A DNA stretch of 61,857 nt, the filler included, from Candidatus Woesearchaeota archaeon (lineage in GTDB: Archaea; Nanobdellota; Nanobdellia; Woesearchaeales; CAZJJJ01), in NCBI GenBank assembly GCA_046538795.1. It is 7 parts of 7 records of this genome, joined end to end, with 100 filler letters (N's around TTAATTAATTAA, not from the genome) between each part and the next. Parts side by side here need not be neighbours in the genome. Positions count along the whole stretch, not along the records: positions 1 to 9,746 come from JBKHIF010000052.1; positions 9,847 to 19,535 come from JBKHIF010000053.1; 5 more parts are not named here. One strand, written 5' to 3'. The notes under the pieces were generated by a model. That model was given only the letters and a program-made list of their open reading frames with translations, ran no database searches and was not told where the DNA came from. Of the stretch, positions 1 through 10,399 are shown piece after piece. Each line of letters opens with the position of its first letter. Position 1 is the first letter of the stretch. A program made the position numbers and the translations under genes.

Positions 1-170
1 AACCACTGGGTTATATGTATCTCCAGACCATAATCCTGAAATTTTGAAAGTACAAGAAAAAGTATCATGGCAGAGTTGAGTATCGCAACATAAGAAAGAG
101 TTCTCTGTATAAGGATTTTGCTTCTGACAATGCGCTTCCTGTATTTTCTGAATAAGTTTATTATGCTCAT
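1..170 (-). CDS. Hypothetical membrane protein, N-terminal part (runs off the window)
   Basis: Read by hand: ATG at 170, open to position 1 (MSIINLFRKYRKRIVRSKILIQRTLSYVAILNSAMILFLVLSKF...). Hydrophobic segment; TATA-like element upstream. Confidence 0.55.
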   Translation of the reverse strand, partial: MSIINLFRKYRKRIVRSKILIQRTLSYVAILNSAMILFLVLSKFQDYGLEIHITQW

Positions 171-309
171 TTTTCTTCACTAACAGATAAGTATTTATAA
201 ATCTTATTCAGAATCATGTTCTATTGTCTGAATTTTGCATGTTTACTGCCGCAAATAATAAATACTAGCATTTTCTAAATCAATCCAACATACTTAATTG
301 GTGATATTT

Positions 310-561
310 ATGAAACAAGAAATTATTGTTGGAATCAATGTTCCTGACAGAGAAAACCTGGCAGTTGATGTTCAGAAAGTAATAAGTGAATTTGGATGCA
401 GCATAAGAGCAAGAATAGGTCTTCATGAAGTACAGGAAAAGACATGTTCACCGCATGGCCTTATAATACTTCACATGATTGCAACAGACAAGGATTGCAC
501 AACTCTGCTTTCAAAACTTAGAAAAGTAAAAGGCGTAAAAGCAAAAAAGATGATTCTTTAA
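310..561 (+). CDS. Small ACT/NikR-C-like protein resembling the TM1266 (iron-only hydrogenase system regulator) family
   Basis: Motifs DRENLAVDVQKVISEFGCSIRARIGLHE and GLIILH; about 83 aa; ATG at 310. Confidence 0.6.
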   Translation: MKQEIIVGINVPDRENLAVDVQKVISEFGCSIRARIGLHEVQEKTCSPHGLIILHMIATDKDCTTLLSKLRKVKGVKAKKMIL

Positions 562-944
562 GGCTTTTTTTCCTGAACTTTATTTTTTTTTGGCGTTATG
601 CAGTTTGATCTTTCACATCCTGCCTGCATGAATGCGACTTTTCTGATAACATCTTCCATCTTCTTGTTAAGCTTTTTGTTATTATCATACAGCTTGAAAA
701 TCACGATTGAAAAAAACATCAGTGCAGTTGCGACAAAAAAATCAGCAGTGCGTTCTATCTTAAGAGCATACATGATGCCATATACTGTTCGGGGAAATGA
801 GACTAAGACAAGAAATGCGCTCCATATGGCAAACCATACAAGAAATCCGAAAACCCCATAATCATCTCTCTTGAAATAGAGAAAAGTAAGGTAAAGCATG
901 AAAAGTGCAAAAAATATTCCTACGATTTGTATTCCTGCAATCAT
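558..944 (-). CDS. DUF2304-family small membrane protein (glycosylation-associated)
   Basis: Three TM helices plus C-terminal coiled coil (LNKKMEDVIRKVA); overlaps the stop of the GT2 gene, a typical pairing. Confidence 0.75.
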   Translation of the reverse strand: MIAGIQIVGIFFALFMLYLTFLYFKRDDYGVFGFLVWFAIWSAFLVLVSFPRTVYGIMYALKIERTADFFVATALMFFSIVIFKLYDNNKKLNKKMEDVIRKVAFMQAGCERSNCITPKKNKVQEKKP

Positions 945-1621
945 CTTTTAAGTCCCCACATTATAGTCTCAAAACCTATCTTAAGACCATTTAAAAGTGT
1001 TGTTCCCTTGTATCTGTCAAGGTATATTGTTTGAATTGGTATTTCAGCGTACTTTAAATTGTTTTTGGCAATCTTTGAAAGCATCTCAGATTCCATAGAA
1101 TAATCATTTGATTCCCATCTTATCTTTTGATATGCGTATTTTGTGAATGTCCTGAATCCTGATTGCGTATCTCTTACATCTATGCCATGAAAAATGCTTG
1201 TAATCTTGTTGAGCATCATATTTCCGAATTTTAATATGCCTGGCATGTTTTTGTTTAGTTTTCTTGCTCCAAGCACGATATCAAGATGTTTGTCTTTAAG
1301 TTCTGCAACAAGCCTTATTACATCTTTTGGCTTGTGCTGTCCATCAGCATCCATAAGAACAAGAATATCTGCACCGGATTTTATTGCATAATCACATCCT
1401 GTCTTTGCAGCAGCTCCCTTTCCCATATTTACTATGTGTTTGATTACTTTTGCGCCTGCTGATTCTGAAACTTCTGATGTTTTGTCATTTGATCCATCAT
1501 CGACAACTATGATATTTTTTGTATATTCTATGAGGTTCCTTATAACATGACCTATCCGTTTAGATTCATTTCTTGCAGGAATAATCACAAACACATCTTC
1601 AGAGAGGATTTTTTTCACCAT
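941..1621 (-). CDS. GT2 glycosyltransferase, polyprenol-phosphate mannose synthase-like
   Basis: IIPARNE, VVDDGSND, NMGKGAA, MDADGQH, DTQSGFR motifs. Confidence 0.9.
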   Translation of the reverse strand: MVKKILSEDVFVIIPARNESKRIGHVIRNLIEYTKNIIVVDDGSNDKTSEVSESAGAKVIKHIVNMGKGAAAKTGCDYAIKSGADILVLMDADGQHKPKDVIRLVAELKDKHLDIVLGARKLNKNMPGILKFGNMMLNKITSIFHGIDVRDTQSGFRTFTKYAYQKIRWESNDYSMESEMLSKIAKNNLKYAEIPIQTIYLDRYKGTTLLNGLKIGFETIMWGLKR

Positions 1622-1702
1622 ATCCTGTGAAGAAAGAAGATTTTATTTAAAAGATTAATCAAAAAAAGAAGAAAAAAGAAGAAAACACCTGAAGGCAAAA
1701 CT

Positions 1703-4700
1703 TTAGGATAAGTTTTCAAGACTTATATTTGAAACAATGGACTCTTCAGGCACATTTTCAGCAATTTCGTGTGAATTTTCGTTTTCTGAATAAGTTTCAT
1801 TCAGGACTGTTTCTTCAGAAACACCTTCCCAATTAATCTTCCAGATGATTATTCTTCCGCCTGTAACTTGGACTGAATCATAAAGCTTGTCAAAATGATT
1901 AAGCCCTTTTCCTTCATGATAGAATAATCTTGTAAACATTCCGCCGACAAGAAGAGGATCAAGCATTATAGTGCTGTACGTGTTGCCATTATCAATCATA
2001 GTGAATGAATAACCTGGATCTTGTCCAGGAAATTCTACTATAGTGAATTTTCCTTCGTCATTATAATAAGATACTGAATTAGGCCTTACCTGACCATCAG
2101 GTGTTTGAATATGTGTATCTCCTGTCTCTTCATTGAAAACAAGCTGTATCTGTCCGTCCTGCACAGCTACCTTGCATTGATGAGTGCTGTTGTCTTTCCT
2201 TGAACAGCCTGAAACTCCTGAGTAATAGCCAGGCCATGGGCTGATCCATTGGTCTGGATTAGCATTTTTTATCTCATAATATAGTGTAGATGCCTCGCTT
2301 TGTGTCTTGTTGTAATTTTCAACAAGATGGTTTATTCCTTCTTCTGGATCAAGCCTGTTTATCTCGAAGTACTGAGTTGCTTTTTCAAAATCCCATGCTC
2401 CAAAATGACCCCAAACACCTGCTTTTCCTACCATATCCTGTGATGTAATATAATATCCTTCAGGAGGATTTTCACAATGTGTGTTTGAGAGAAGTTCAGT
2501 TATTTTTTCTTCTGAAATATTTTCTTCTAGCAAGATTTCTCTTGCATCTTCTTTTGATTGCAAAGGCAATATCTTATCAAGGATTTGTATTGCCTTAAGG
2601 CCGCCATACTCTTCTTCCAATAATTCATAAGCTGAGTTCCATGAGCAATCAATCATTCTCAGTATTCCTAATGAGGTATTCTCATCTTTTTCCAGAAGGC
2701 TTCTTCCTACCCAGTGAGCCATAGGTGTATTTTGAGATGCACCGTCAAAGGTTACGCCCCTATTAGCTATAGCCCTGAACCAGTGCCCGAAATCCCACCA
2801 GGAGGTTATGATTGCATCTGGCTGCGAATCTGCTTTTATTGTCTCAAGACCATTCCACCATGCATCATTCATGCTTGGAATTTCATTCCTTGCTGTTACA
2901 AGTGCATCCTGCCAAGGAGGTGCAAGCACTAAGAGATATATAAGTACCAGCAAAATAGGAGCAGTGATAAATCTGCTTAGGTTAAGCTGCTTTTCTGTAA
3001 CTCTCGTAATAAGTTTGTATGTTATTCCTGCAAACAGTCCTATTGCAATAGCAAATGCAGGCATAAGAAGCATAATAAACCTGACTCCTCTTGTTGAGCC
3101 GAAAATTGTTCCTGCAAACCAGATTATAAGTATGGAAGCATATCTTATGTCTATGTTCTTGGTCTTGTTACGTAAAATAAGAATGCCCTTTATCAGTATA
3201 GGAAGCATCATAAGGATAAGGAATGTTATGTCTCTCATCCCATTCATGACCCTTTCTATAAGGAATATGTAAAATACAGTTGACGCTGAAATATATATAA
3301 TGTCTCTTTTTCTCTGTTCTTTTGAAACATCTTTTTTCAGAAATGAGCACAGTGTCAAAGATATGCCTGTAAGAGAAAGAAGGAACAATAATTTGCCTCC
3401 AATATTATTTATTGTCTGAGGTATGGATGATGGATTAAGTTCAGCAACTGTTGTGAATACATTAGGCCATATTTTTGTGGTTGCAACATCCTTAAGTTCA
3501 ATTATTACTTTTGGAGATGCAAAAAGTATATCTTTTAGGTATCCGAACCCTCTTCCCCAGGTTACGACTATCAAAGAAAGTACAAGAAACTGGCCAATTA
3601 TTATAAGGGATCTCTGAACTTTCTTGATCCTGAAAAATTTCTTTATGTTTTTTCTTACTATGTGAAAGTGGCTTGCAACAAGATATGTAAGATATACTGC
3701 AATAGATAGCAGGAGGAATAAATATACGAACCACCAGCCTGCCCATGCAAACTTGAAAAGGGCAAGAGTAAGGCATGAGAGTACAACAAGTCCTGTCGCT
3801 TTTTTAAGGTCCTTTGATTCAATTGCCTCTAAAAAGAACCATATTATGAATAGAGGAAGCATTACATTGTATGAGTCTGTGTCTGCAAACCCGCCTGCGG
3901 TTCTTGAAAGGAAAGAAGGATGTATAGCAACGATTGTTGCAGCTACAAAACCCGCAAGATTTCCTCCTCTTTTTTTTGCTATGAAAAATGCAGGTATAAC
4001 TCCCAGTGTTGCAAGTATTATAGGTATATAAAAAGTGCTTGTCCATATATCTGCATCTGGATTGAAAAAAGACCATACTTTATAGAAATAAGCATCAAAA
4101 TACATGTGAAATTCAGAATTTATTGTTGTTCCTCTTGGTGCATACATGTGTTCTGTAAATGGTTTTCCGTTTCGTAATTCTGTTCCCGGGTGGCCGTTTT
4201 CAAGTATGTTTCTTGCAAAATAGACCCAGAAGTATGGGTCGATCGCAAGAAGATATGTCTGTCCTGAATCATCTTTCATCCTTGATTTGAAATAATTAGA
4301 TGCTTCGGTTATTGCTGTCTCGTACTGTTCTTTATTATTTTCAATATAATCATTAATCTGCTCGTTAATGAGCTGGTTTTTGTTTTGCTGGGGAAGATTT
4401 GGATATTGCTGATTGATCTGCGCTGCAATTTCATTTCTTAAATTTGTTCTTATGGTGTTTTCTGCCCAATCGTCTGTTATTGGAAGATAAAGAGGCATAG
4501 CTCTAAGGAAAATGCTTAATATTATTGGAATAAGGATAAGAAATAATGTGCTGTACCTTTTAGTGAATATCTTTATGCTGTTCCATGTGTTTTTAAGATC
4601 AATTTCTTCATCTTTTTCATCATTGTTAGTTTTTTGTTCACTTTCATGATGTTTTTTATGATGTTTTATTTCATGGATGTTTTCTGCATCTCTTTTTTCT

Positions 4701-4807
4701 GCATGATCATGGGAATTCGCTTTGTTTTTTGCTTTGTCTTTGGAGAAAAAAGTTTTGATTTTTGAAAAATCAATCACAACATCATCATCTCTTTCATTAT
4801 CAGCCAT
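1703..4807 (-). CDS. aglB: Oligosaccharyltransferase AglB (STT3 family)
   Basis: LLAIDPY, GFADTD, TVAEL, WWDFGHW and DMVGK motifs; multi-TM N-terminal half; 1034 aa. Confidence 0.95.
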   Translation of the reverse strand: MADNERDDDVVIDFSKIKTFFSKDKAKNKANSHDHAEKRDAENIHEIKHHKKHHESEQKTNNDEKDEEIDLKNTWNSIKIFTKRYSTLFLILIPIILSIFLRAMPLYLPITDDWAENTIRTNLRNEIAAQINQQYPNLPQQNKNQLINEQINDYIENNKEQYETAITEASNYFKSRMKDDSGQTYLLAIDPYFWVYFARNILENGHPGTELRNGKPFTEHMYAPRGTTINSEFHMYFDAYFYKVWSFFNPDADIWTSTFYIPIILATLGVIPAFFIAKKRGGNLAGFVAATIVAIHPSFLSRTAGGFADTDSYNVMLPLFIIWFFLEAIESKDLKKATGLVVLSCLTLALFKFAWAGWWFVYLFLLLSIAVYLTYLVASHFHIVRKNIKKFFRIKKVQRSLIIIGQFLVLSLIVVTWGRGFGYLKDILFASPKVIIELKDVATTKIWPNVFTTVAELNPSSIPQTINNIGGKLLFLLSLTGISLTLCSFLKKDVSKEQRKRDIIYISASTVFYIFLIERVMNGMRDITFLILMMLPILIKGILILRNKTKNIDIRYASILIIWFAGTIFGSTRGVRFIMLLMPAFAIAIGLFAGITYKLITRVTEKQLNLSRFITAPILLVLIYLLVLAPPWQDALVTARNEIPSMNDAWWNGLETIKADSQPDAIITSWWDFGHWFRAIANRGVTFDGASQNTPMAHWVGRSLLEKDENTSLGILRMIDCSWNSAYELLEEEYGGLKAIQILDKILPLQSKEDAREILLEENISEEKITELLSNTHCENPPEGYYITSQDMVGKAGVWGHFGAWDFEKATQYFEINRLDPEEGINHLVENYNKTQSEASTLYYEIKNANPDQWISPWPGYYSGVSGCSRKDNSTHQCKVAVQDGQIQLVFNEETGDTHIQTPDGQVRPNSVSYYNDEGKFTIVEFPGQDPGYSFTMIDNGNTYSTIMLDPLLVGGMFTRLFYHEGKGLNHFDKLYDSVQVTGGRIIIWKINWEGVSEETVLNETYSENENSHEIAENVPEESIVSNISLENLS

Positions 4808-5089
4808 CTAAACTCACACCGGTTTGTTTTTGTTTTGAAAAACCAAGGTGTTATTTAAATTTTTGCGTTTGACAAAAGTGTAAAATAAGAAAAATTACTT
4901 TTCAAGAATATCCTGGCATACTTCAAAGAGTGTTTCCTCATAGGCAAAGAGCGAGATTTTAACACTTTTTTCAAGAAGCGATTTACTAATTGAAAACGTC
5001 TCGGATCGTATCATCACGCATAGGAACCAGGTATTTTTTAGAGTTTTGAATAAAATTGTTCAAGCCAAAAGTCGCTTTATTACGCTTTA

Positions 5090-6220
5090 TTATTGTATAA
5101 GCTTAAAGACATACCTAATAAGCTTTGGTTTTTTAAGAAGCATCTTTATTGCAAGGATTCTTAAATTTTCACGGGAGATTGTTCCAATAAGTTTTTTAAT
5201 TTGCCTGGAATTTAGATCATCTATTAAGTTATCCCAGTCTTTTTTATTCATCCTGGAAAATATTTTGTAAGCTGTAAGGTGGGTCATTAGTTCTTTTTTC
5301 AATGCTTTTTTTGATTCTTTGTTAAACTCCAGATTGTTGATAATGCACTTTTTAAGAATCTTTGCTGACTTGAGTCCTGGAATTATTCCTCCTCCTGTTG
5401 TTGCCTTGACAAAAGATGCAGCATCGCCTATGGAATATAACCTTAAGTCTCTTCTTTTGTTTTTAATATGCCTGAAAACTTTGAGTTTAGGGTCATAAAT
5501 AGGTATCAGCCCTCCCTGTGTACTTATGATCTTATTTTCATATTCAGGATATAGTTTTTTTAGAAATGGTTCAAAATCTGGTTTTTTGATTTTTCTTCCA
5601 AATATTCCCACTCTGGCTGTTTTGTCTGTTTCAGGAACAACCCACGATATTTTCTTTTTTTCAGGAAAGAACTCGACATGATTATTATGTTTAACATTAA
5701 GAACATACTGCCAGCCGATGAAAAATTTTTGTTTTCTTCTTGTTTTTTCATTGATAAGTTTTGTCACAAGAGAACCAGGACCATCAGCACCTATAACTAT
5801 GTCTTTTTTCTTAAGCGGGAAGCTTACTGTCTTTCCATTTTCCTTCTTGAATACCATGCTTCTTTCTGTGATCTTCAGAAGCTTGTGATTAAGATAGAAT
5901 CTTATCTTAGATCTTCTTGATTTTGCTTTTGTGTAGAAATATTTGTCAAATTTTTCTCTATCTATAATTATTTCAGGCTTTTTGATATTAATATCCAAAG
6001 AATTTCCTGTTGGAGAATATATTACTGCCTTATTAAGCCTTCTTATGATTGTCTTGTTGTTTTCAGGTATGAAGTTTAGTATATCATTTGCAACTATCCC
6101 TGTGCATTGCACAGGTTTTCCTATTTCTGCATGTTCTTCAAACACTCTTACATTTCTTTTTTTAGCAAGAAGATATGCTGCATAACATCCTACAGGTCCT
6201 GCACCAATAATGTAGATCAT
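5090..6220 (-). CDS. Geranylgeranyl reductase family FAD-dependent oxidoreductase
   Basis: IIGAGPVG, PVQCTG, IDREKFD, IGADG, SWVVP, IGDAASFVKATTGGGI. Confidence 0.88.
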   Translation of the reverse strand: MIYIIGAGPVGCYAAYLLAKKRNVRVFEEHAEIGKPVQCTGIVANDILNFIPENNKTIIRRLNKAVIYSPTGNSLDINIKKPEIIIDREKFDKYFYTKAKSRRSKIRFYLNHKLLKITERSMVFKKENGKTVSFPLKKKDIVIGADGPGSLVTKLINEKTRRKQKFFIGWQYVLNVKHNNHVEFFPEKKKISWVVPETDKTARVGIFGRKIKKPDFEPFLKKLYPEYENKIISTQGGLIPIYDPKLKVFRHIKNKRRDLRLYSIGDAASFVKATTGGGIIPGLKSAKILKKCIINNLEFNKESKKALKKELMTHLTAYKIFSRMNKKDWDNLIDDLNSRQIKKLIGTISRENLRILAIKMLLKKPKLIRYVFKLIQ

Positions 6221-6393
6221 TTTCAGTCCTTGTTTTCAACTTTTGTGTTTGTTGTTCTTTTATAAATCTGATGATTTTCTCGACGTATTTATTTAATTTT
6301 AGTGTTTGTTACTGTGTGATAGCGAAACTTTTTTATATACTTTGTGGATTTGATCTGAAAAATTAATGCTGCTTAATCATCGGAGGCTGAAAG

Positions 6394-7635
6394 ATGCAAA
6401 GACAAAATAATCAGGAAGAGAGTCTTGATAGGCGATATCACGACGCATTGGAAAGACGTTCTAATCAAGATAAAAAGAAAAGATACGGAAGAACTGCTTT
6501 TGCTTTATCAGGTATAGCGATAGGTGCTGCTGCGGTTCTTTCTCTTGTTAAATGGGGAGATGATATATCTGATTTTCTGGAAATAAACAGGACTTCTTCT
6601 GAACCTGGTCAAGAACAATATTTTGATTCTGAGATGCTTGACGAATTAAAAGGCATAAATGAGAATACCAAAGGCATTTATGGTCTTCTTTTAGATGGCT
6701 TTGCCAGTAATGATGGAACAGCAGAAAATAATGATTTAAGAGGCGGCACAGCTACATCTTCAGGCGCTGACAGTCAGGATTCTCCAGATTATGAAAACTT
6801 GATGAATGATATGCAATCTGAATTATCGCAGTTAAGGACATCAAGAGAGGAGCTTTATAGCAGGATTGATTCTCTTGAAAGAGAAATTACAGTTCTAAGA
6901 GAGCAGGATCAATATATCGGACGTGAAGGAAGAGATATACTTGATACGATTGTATCAGATATCGAACAACTATATCAAAATGATTCTTTATTTGATCAAG
7001 ATATTTCCGGTTTCAACCAACGCGTATCCGGGCTTGAAAATGAATTATCAGGCTTATCAGAACGCCTTGCAGGACTTGAAAGACATACTGCTTCTGATGA
7101 ATATGAATTCCAGAGACACAATATAGATGTTTTTTATGGTCCTGATGCAGATGATGATTTCAAGGCCAGATATAACCTTGAAGGATATGATGAAGGGATC
7201 ACAGTTCCTGAGCTATTGGAAACTTTTGATTCATGGCTTGGTATAAATGGCAATGAATTGAGATTCGCTGAGCTTCCGAATGGAGGCATGGTTGTTCTTT
7301 ATGGAAATGACAACCTGAATGAAAGGCTGACTCAGCTTGATCTTGTAAAATCAGATTATAATGGAAACCAGCTTGATGAATTTGGCCGTGTTATAATAGG
7401 ATCTATGGTTGACGATGGCAGATATCTGGGAAATGATGTTTTCTTTGAACCAAATAACGAAGGAATGATTGCACTGGATCATAAAATAGAACAATACGGT
7501 GCAACAATTATTCCAGGAACCATGCAATTTCCTTGGGGAACACCTGATCTTGTACCTTTTATGTACATAGGAAACAAAGATGATGTTAGAATTCTCAGAG
7601 GAAATGATGGAGTTTCCTGGGTATATGACAATTGA
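6394..7635 (+). CDS. Hypothetical acidic membrane-anchored coiled-coil protein
   Basis: 413-aa ORF, GGAGG RBS, one N-terminal TM segment, heptad-like central region. Confidence 0.75.
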   Translation: MQRQNNQEESLDRRYHDALERRSNQDKKKRYGRTAFALSGIAIGAAAVLSLVKWGDDISDFLEINRTSSEPGQEQYFDSEMLDELKGINENTKGIYGLLLDGFASNDGTAENNDLRGGTATSSGADSQDSPDYENLMNDMQSELSQLRTSREELYSRIDSLEREITVLREQDQYIGREGRDILDTIVSDIEQLYQNDSLFDQDISGFNQRVSGLENELSGLSERLAGLERHTASDEYEFQRHNIDVFYGPDADDDFKARYNLEGYDEGITVPELLETFDSWLGINGNELRFAELPNGGMVVLYGNDNLNERLTQLDLVKSDYNGNQLDEFGRVIIGSMVDDGRYLGNDVFFEPNNEGMIALDHKIEQYGATIIPGTMQFPWGTPDLVPFMYIGNKDDVRILRGNDGVSWVYDN

Positions 7636-7691
7636 TTGTCTCTTTCAGGGTCTTGTTATTACTAAATGGAGAAAACTTTAAATAGAGTGCT

Positions 7692-8690
7692 ATGTTTCAA
7701 TTGACAAACATCGGGGCGTGTTGTATAATGGTGGTAAAAGACGATTTGAAATGTGAAAGAGTAAATTACAGTGATTTTTCTTCTGAGAGCTCTGCTAAAA
7801 AGTCGACTTACAGCCAGGTTAAAATGCGGTTATATGCTGCTGCCGGATTATTGCTTCTTGCAAATGCTCAAGGATACACAGATGAACAAAATTCTTTAGA
7901 AATGATCGAAAATAATTCTGATTATGAGATGAGAGTTAAGGATTATTCAGATCAGGCATTTGATAATCTTGATGAGCTTGTATCAGGATATGATTTTGAT
8001 GAATTGGAAAAAATCATTTCTGAGCATGAAGGTTCTGGATTTGATTCTGCTGCAATCTATGAAGGAAGCGTGCAGGGAAAATCAGGAGATATATACCCTT
8101 TCATTGTTATTAATCCAGGGAATTATTGCGACGAAGACAGCATTAAACTGGGCATAGAGATTATAAAAGCAGATGAATCTCAAAGCTATGGTACCGGATA
8201 TATCTTTACCATGGATCCATCAAGGAATTATAATAATACAGAAGTTGGTTTATCCTTTATTTCAGGCACAGATTCTATTCGTGATCTTATCGATTCTTAT
8301 CTTTCATCGCATTCAGGCTATTCAGTCATACACATAAACACTGAAAGAAACGAATTCAGGCTGTTCAGGGATGATTTTCAGGCTTATAAGTCGTTAATAT
8401 TTCTCCTGCCTGATGATTATGACGAGATACCAATAAGAGTTGCAGAAGTTGGAAAAAACAACGCTTTTGTGGGCTTTCCTGATATTTCGGGTATAATGCC
8501 TGCTGCTGATTACTCAGAAAGAAGAGATCAGGATGATCATGAAGGGGATGATTATATTCCTGTTGAGGACAATAATGATCCCGAGACAGATACACCTGAA
8601 AATCCTGAAGACGAAGGAGGATCTGGAAAAGATAGGGGCGAAGATCTGTTTGAAGGACTTGATCCTGAAGACTTATTTGGAACAGACTAA
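7692..8690 (+). CDS. Hypothetical acidic exported protein
   Basis: 332-aa ORF with hydrophobic segment LYAAAGLLLLANAQG and a D/E/P-rich tail; start may be 7728. Confidence 0.7.
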   Translation: MFQLTNIGACCIMVVKDDLKCERVNYSDFSSESSAKKSTYSQVKMRLYAAAGLLLLANAQGYTDEQNSLEMIENNSDYEMRVKDYSDQAFDNLDELVSGYDFDELEKIISEHEGSGFDSAAIYEGSVQGKSGDIYPFIVINPGNYCDEDSIKLGIEIIKADESQSYGTGYIFTMDPSRNYNNTEVGLSFISGTDSIRDLIDSYLSSHSGYSVIHINTERNEFRLFRDDFQAYKSLIFLLPDDYDEIPIRVAEVGKNNAFVGFPDISGIMPAADYSERRDQDDHEGDDYIPVEDNNDPETDTPENPEDEGGSGKDRGEDLFEGLDPEDLFGTD

Positions 8691-8707
8691 TACAAGAGGA
8701 TGATTAT

Positions 8708-9746
8708 ATGATATCAGCAAAAAATATCCAGACAAGAATTTCGATCATATTGATGATTTTATTATCATTAGTTATTTTTAGCTTTCCTGCATATGCAGAT
8801 TCAGTCTGCAGAAATTGCGAGAAAAGCACTTATTTTCTCCTTACAGAACTAAAAGATATGGAGACAGATGAATATATCCATGATGGTAATGTAAGGATTG
8901 AGGCAAGAGATGGAAGCTATTCTCAGGAACACCACACATCAGATACACCTGAAAATGATCCCAGGATAATATTTTATGATGTCCCGAGTGATACTTTTCT
9001 TGACGCAGAATATTCCTCTCCCGGATATCTTACTGATGATGATGATTATTATTTTGATTCAAGGCTGGATTCTTGTGTCGGTCCATTTGGAAGCACTTGT
9101 ACGCTGGAACAGCCTGGATATGTAACTGAATGCGAAAATTATGAGGCAAATAACAGACATTATCTATATTGCTCTTTATATAGCAATGACCAGAGTATTG
9201 CATTCATATACAGCCCTGAATACAATGTTATAGGAGTTGGGAATCTTATGGTATGCATTGATTCAGATGGCGATGGCATATGCGATAAGGACGAGGACAA
9301 TGAATGCATCGGAGATAATGCAAGTAATGTGCCTGACGATACGTCCTGCAGGGATTGGTCTTTTGATTCAGAGACCGGATGCCATGTTTTTGATGATGAC
9401 CCTGGAATAAGTGTTTGCGATCCTGATTATGATTCTGAACAGGTCTGTATGCCTGACAATGCTTTTGGGGATGTTTATCAGATAAATTATGAAAGATACT
9501 GCGGAAATGAGACAGGGCAGTGCGATGGAAATATAGTCAAAACAGGTCAGGAAATGGTTCAGGAATGTACTGATTCTGAAGAATGTCTGGATGGAGAATG
9601 CATATCATGTTTTGATTATGATAATGATGGTGTTTGTGACAACAAAAATGATGATTGTTTATTTGAAGGTCCTCAGGACTTGAAGCAGAATACAACCTGT
9701 TTCAAAAATTGGTTCAATTACAATACTGGTTGCATAGAAGAACAAT
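8708..9746 (+). CDS. Secreted Cys/Asp-rich protein with thrombospondin-type-3-like Ca-binding motifs (3' truncated by contig end)
   Basis: Signal peptide ending PAYA; CIDSDGDGICD and CFDYDNDGVCD motifs; many cysteines. Confidence 0.75.
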
Positions 9747-9846
9747 NNNNNNNNNNNNNNNNNNNNNNNNNNNNNNNNNNNNNNNNNNNNTTAATTAATT
9801 AANNNNNNNNNNNNNNNNNNNNNNNNNNNNNNNNNNNNNNNNNNNN
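9747..9846. other. Artificial contig linker
   Basis: N run with central TTAATTAATTAA (stops in all frames), 100 bp. Confidence 0.99.
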
Positions 9847-10397
9847 AAATAACATCATGGGTAGATGAAAAAAAAGTGCCACTGTCAAGATTCATAGGTT
9901 TCTCACCACAAAGTAATTCTCTTTATCCATTTCTTACAGTAGAAGAAAATATCTATACATTCGGAAGGCTCTATAGCGTAAAGCACCACATCATAAAAGA
10001 AAGAATGAAAAAATTACTTTCAGAACTAAGACTTGATAAAAACGAAAAAAAGAAGATAATCCAGCTTTCAGGTGGAATGCAGAAAAGAGCAGATCTTGCT
10101 GTAACACTGATCCATGATCCGAAAATAATATTTCTTGATGAGCCCTTTGCAGGCCTTGACATATCACTTAGAAAATTCTTATGGAATTTTCTCAAAAGCC
10201 AGGCAAAAGAGGGAAAGATAATTGTGATATCAAGTCATGCAATAGGTGAACTTGAAAAGAACTGCACTCAATTCGGACTAATTACAAATAACAGGTTCTA
10301 TAATACAGAACAGATCAAAACTACAATGAGAACAGAAAAACAAAGAGATCTTACAACCTACCTTACAGGATTATTTTCACATTCAGAGAGGATATAA
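9847..10397 (+). CDS. ABC transporter ATP-binding protein (5' truncated)
   Basis: Q-loop GFSPQ, LSGGMQKR signature, IFLDEPFAGLD Walker B, SSH H-loop; frame open to the contig edge. Confidence 0.92.
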
Positions 10398-10399
10398 AG

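Noticed and set aside
8588..8957. Shared 17-mer CAGATACACCTGAAAAT in two adjacent genes (DTPEN)
   Set aside because: One short match in low-complexity acidic coding sequence; no reverse transcriptase or template/variable-repeat pattern.
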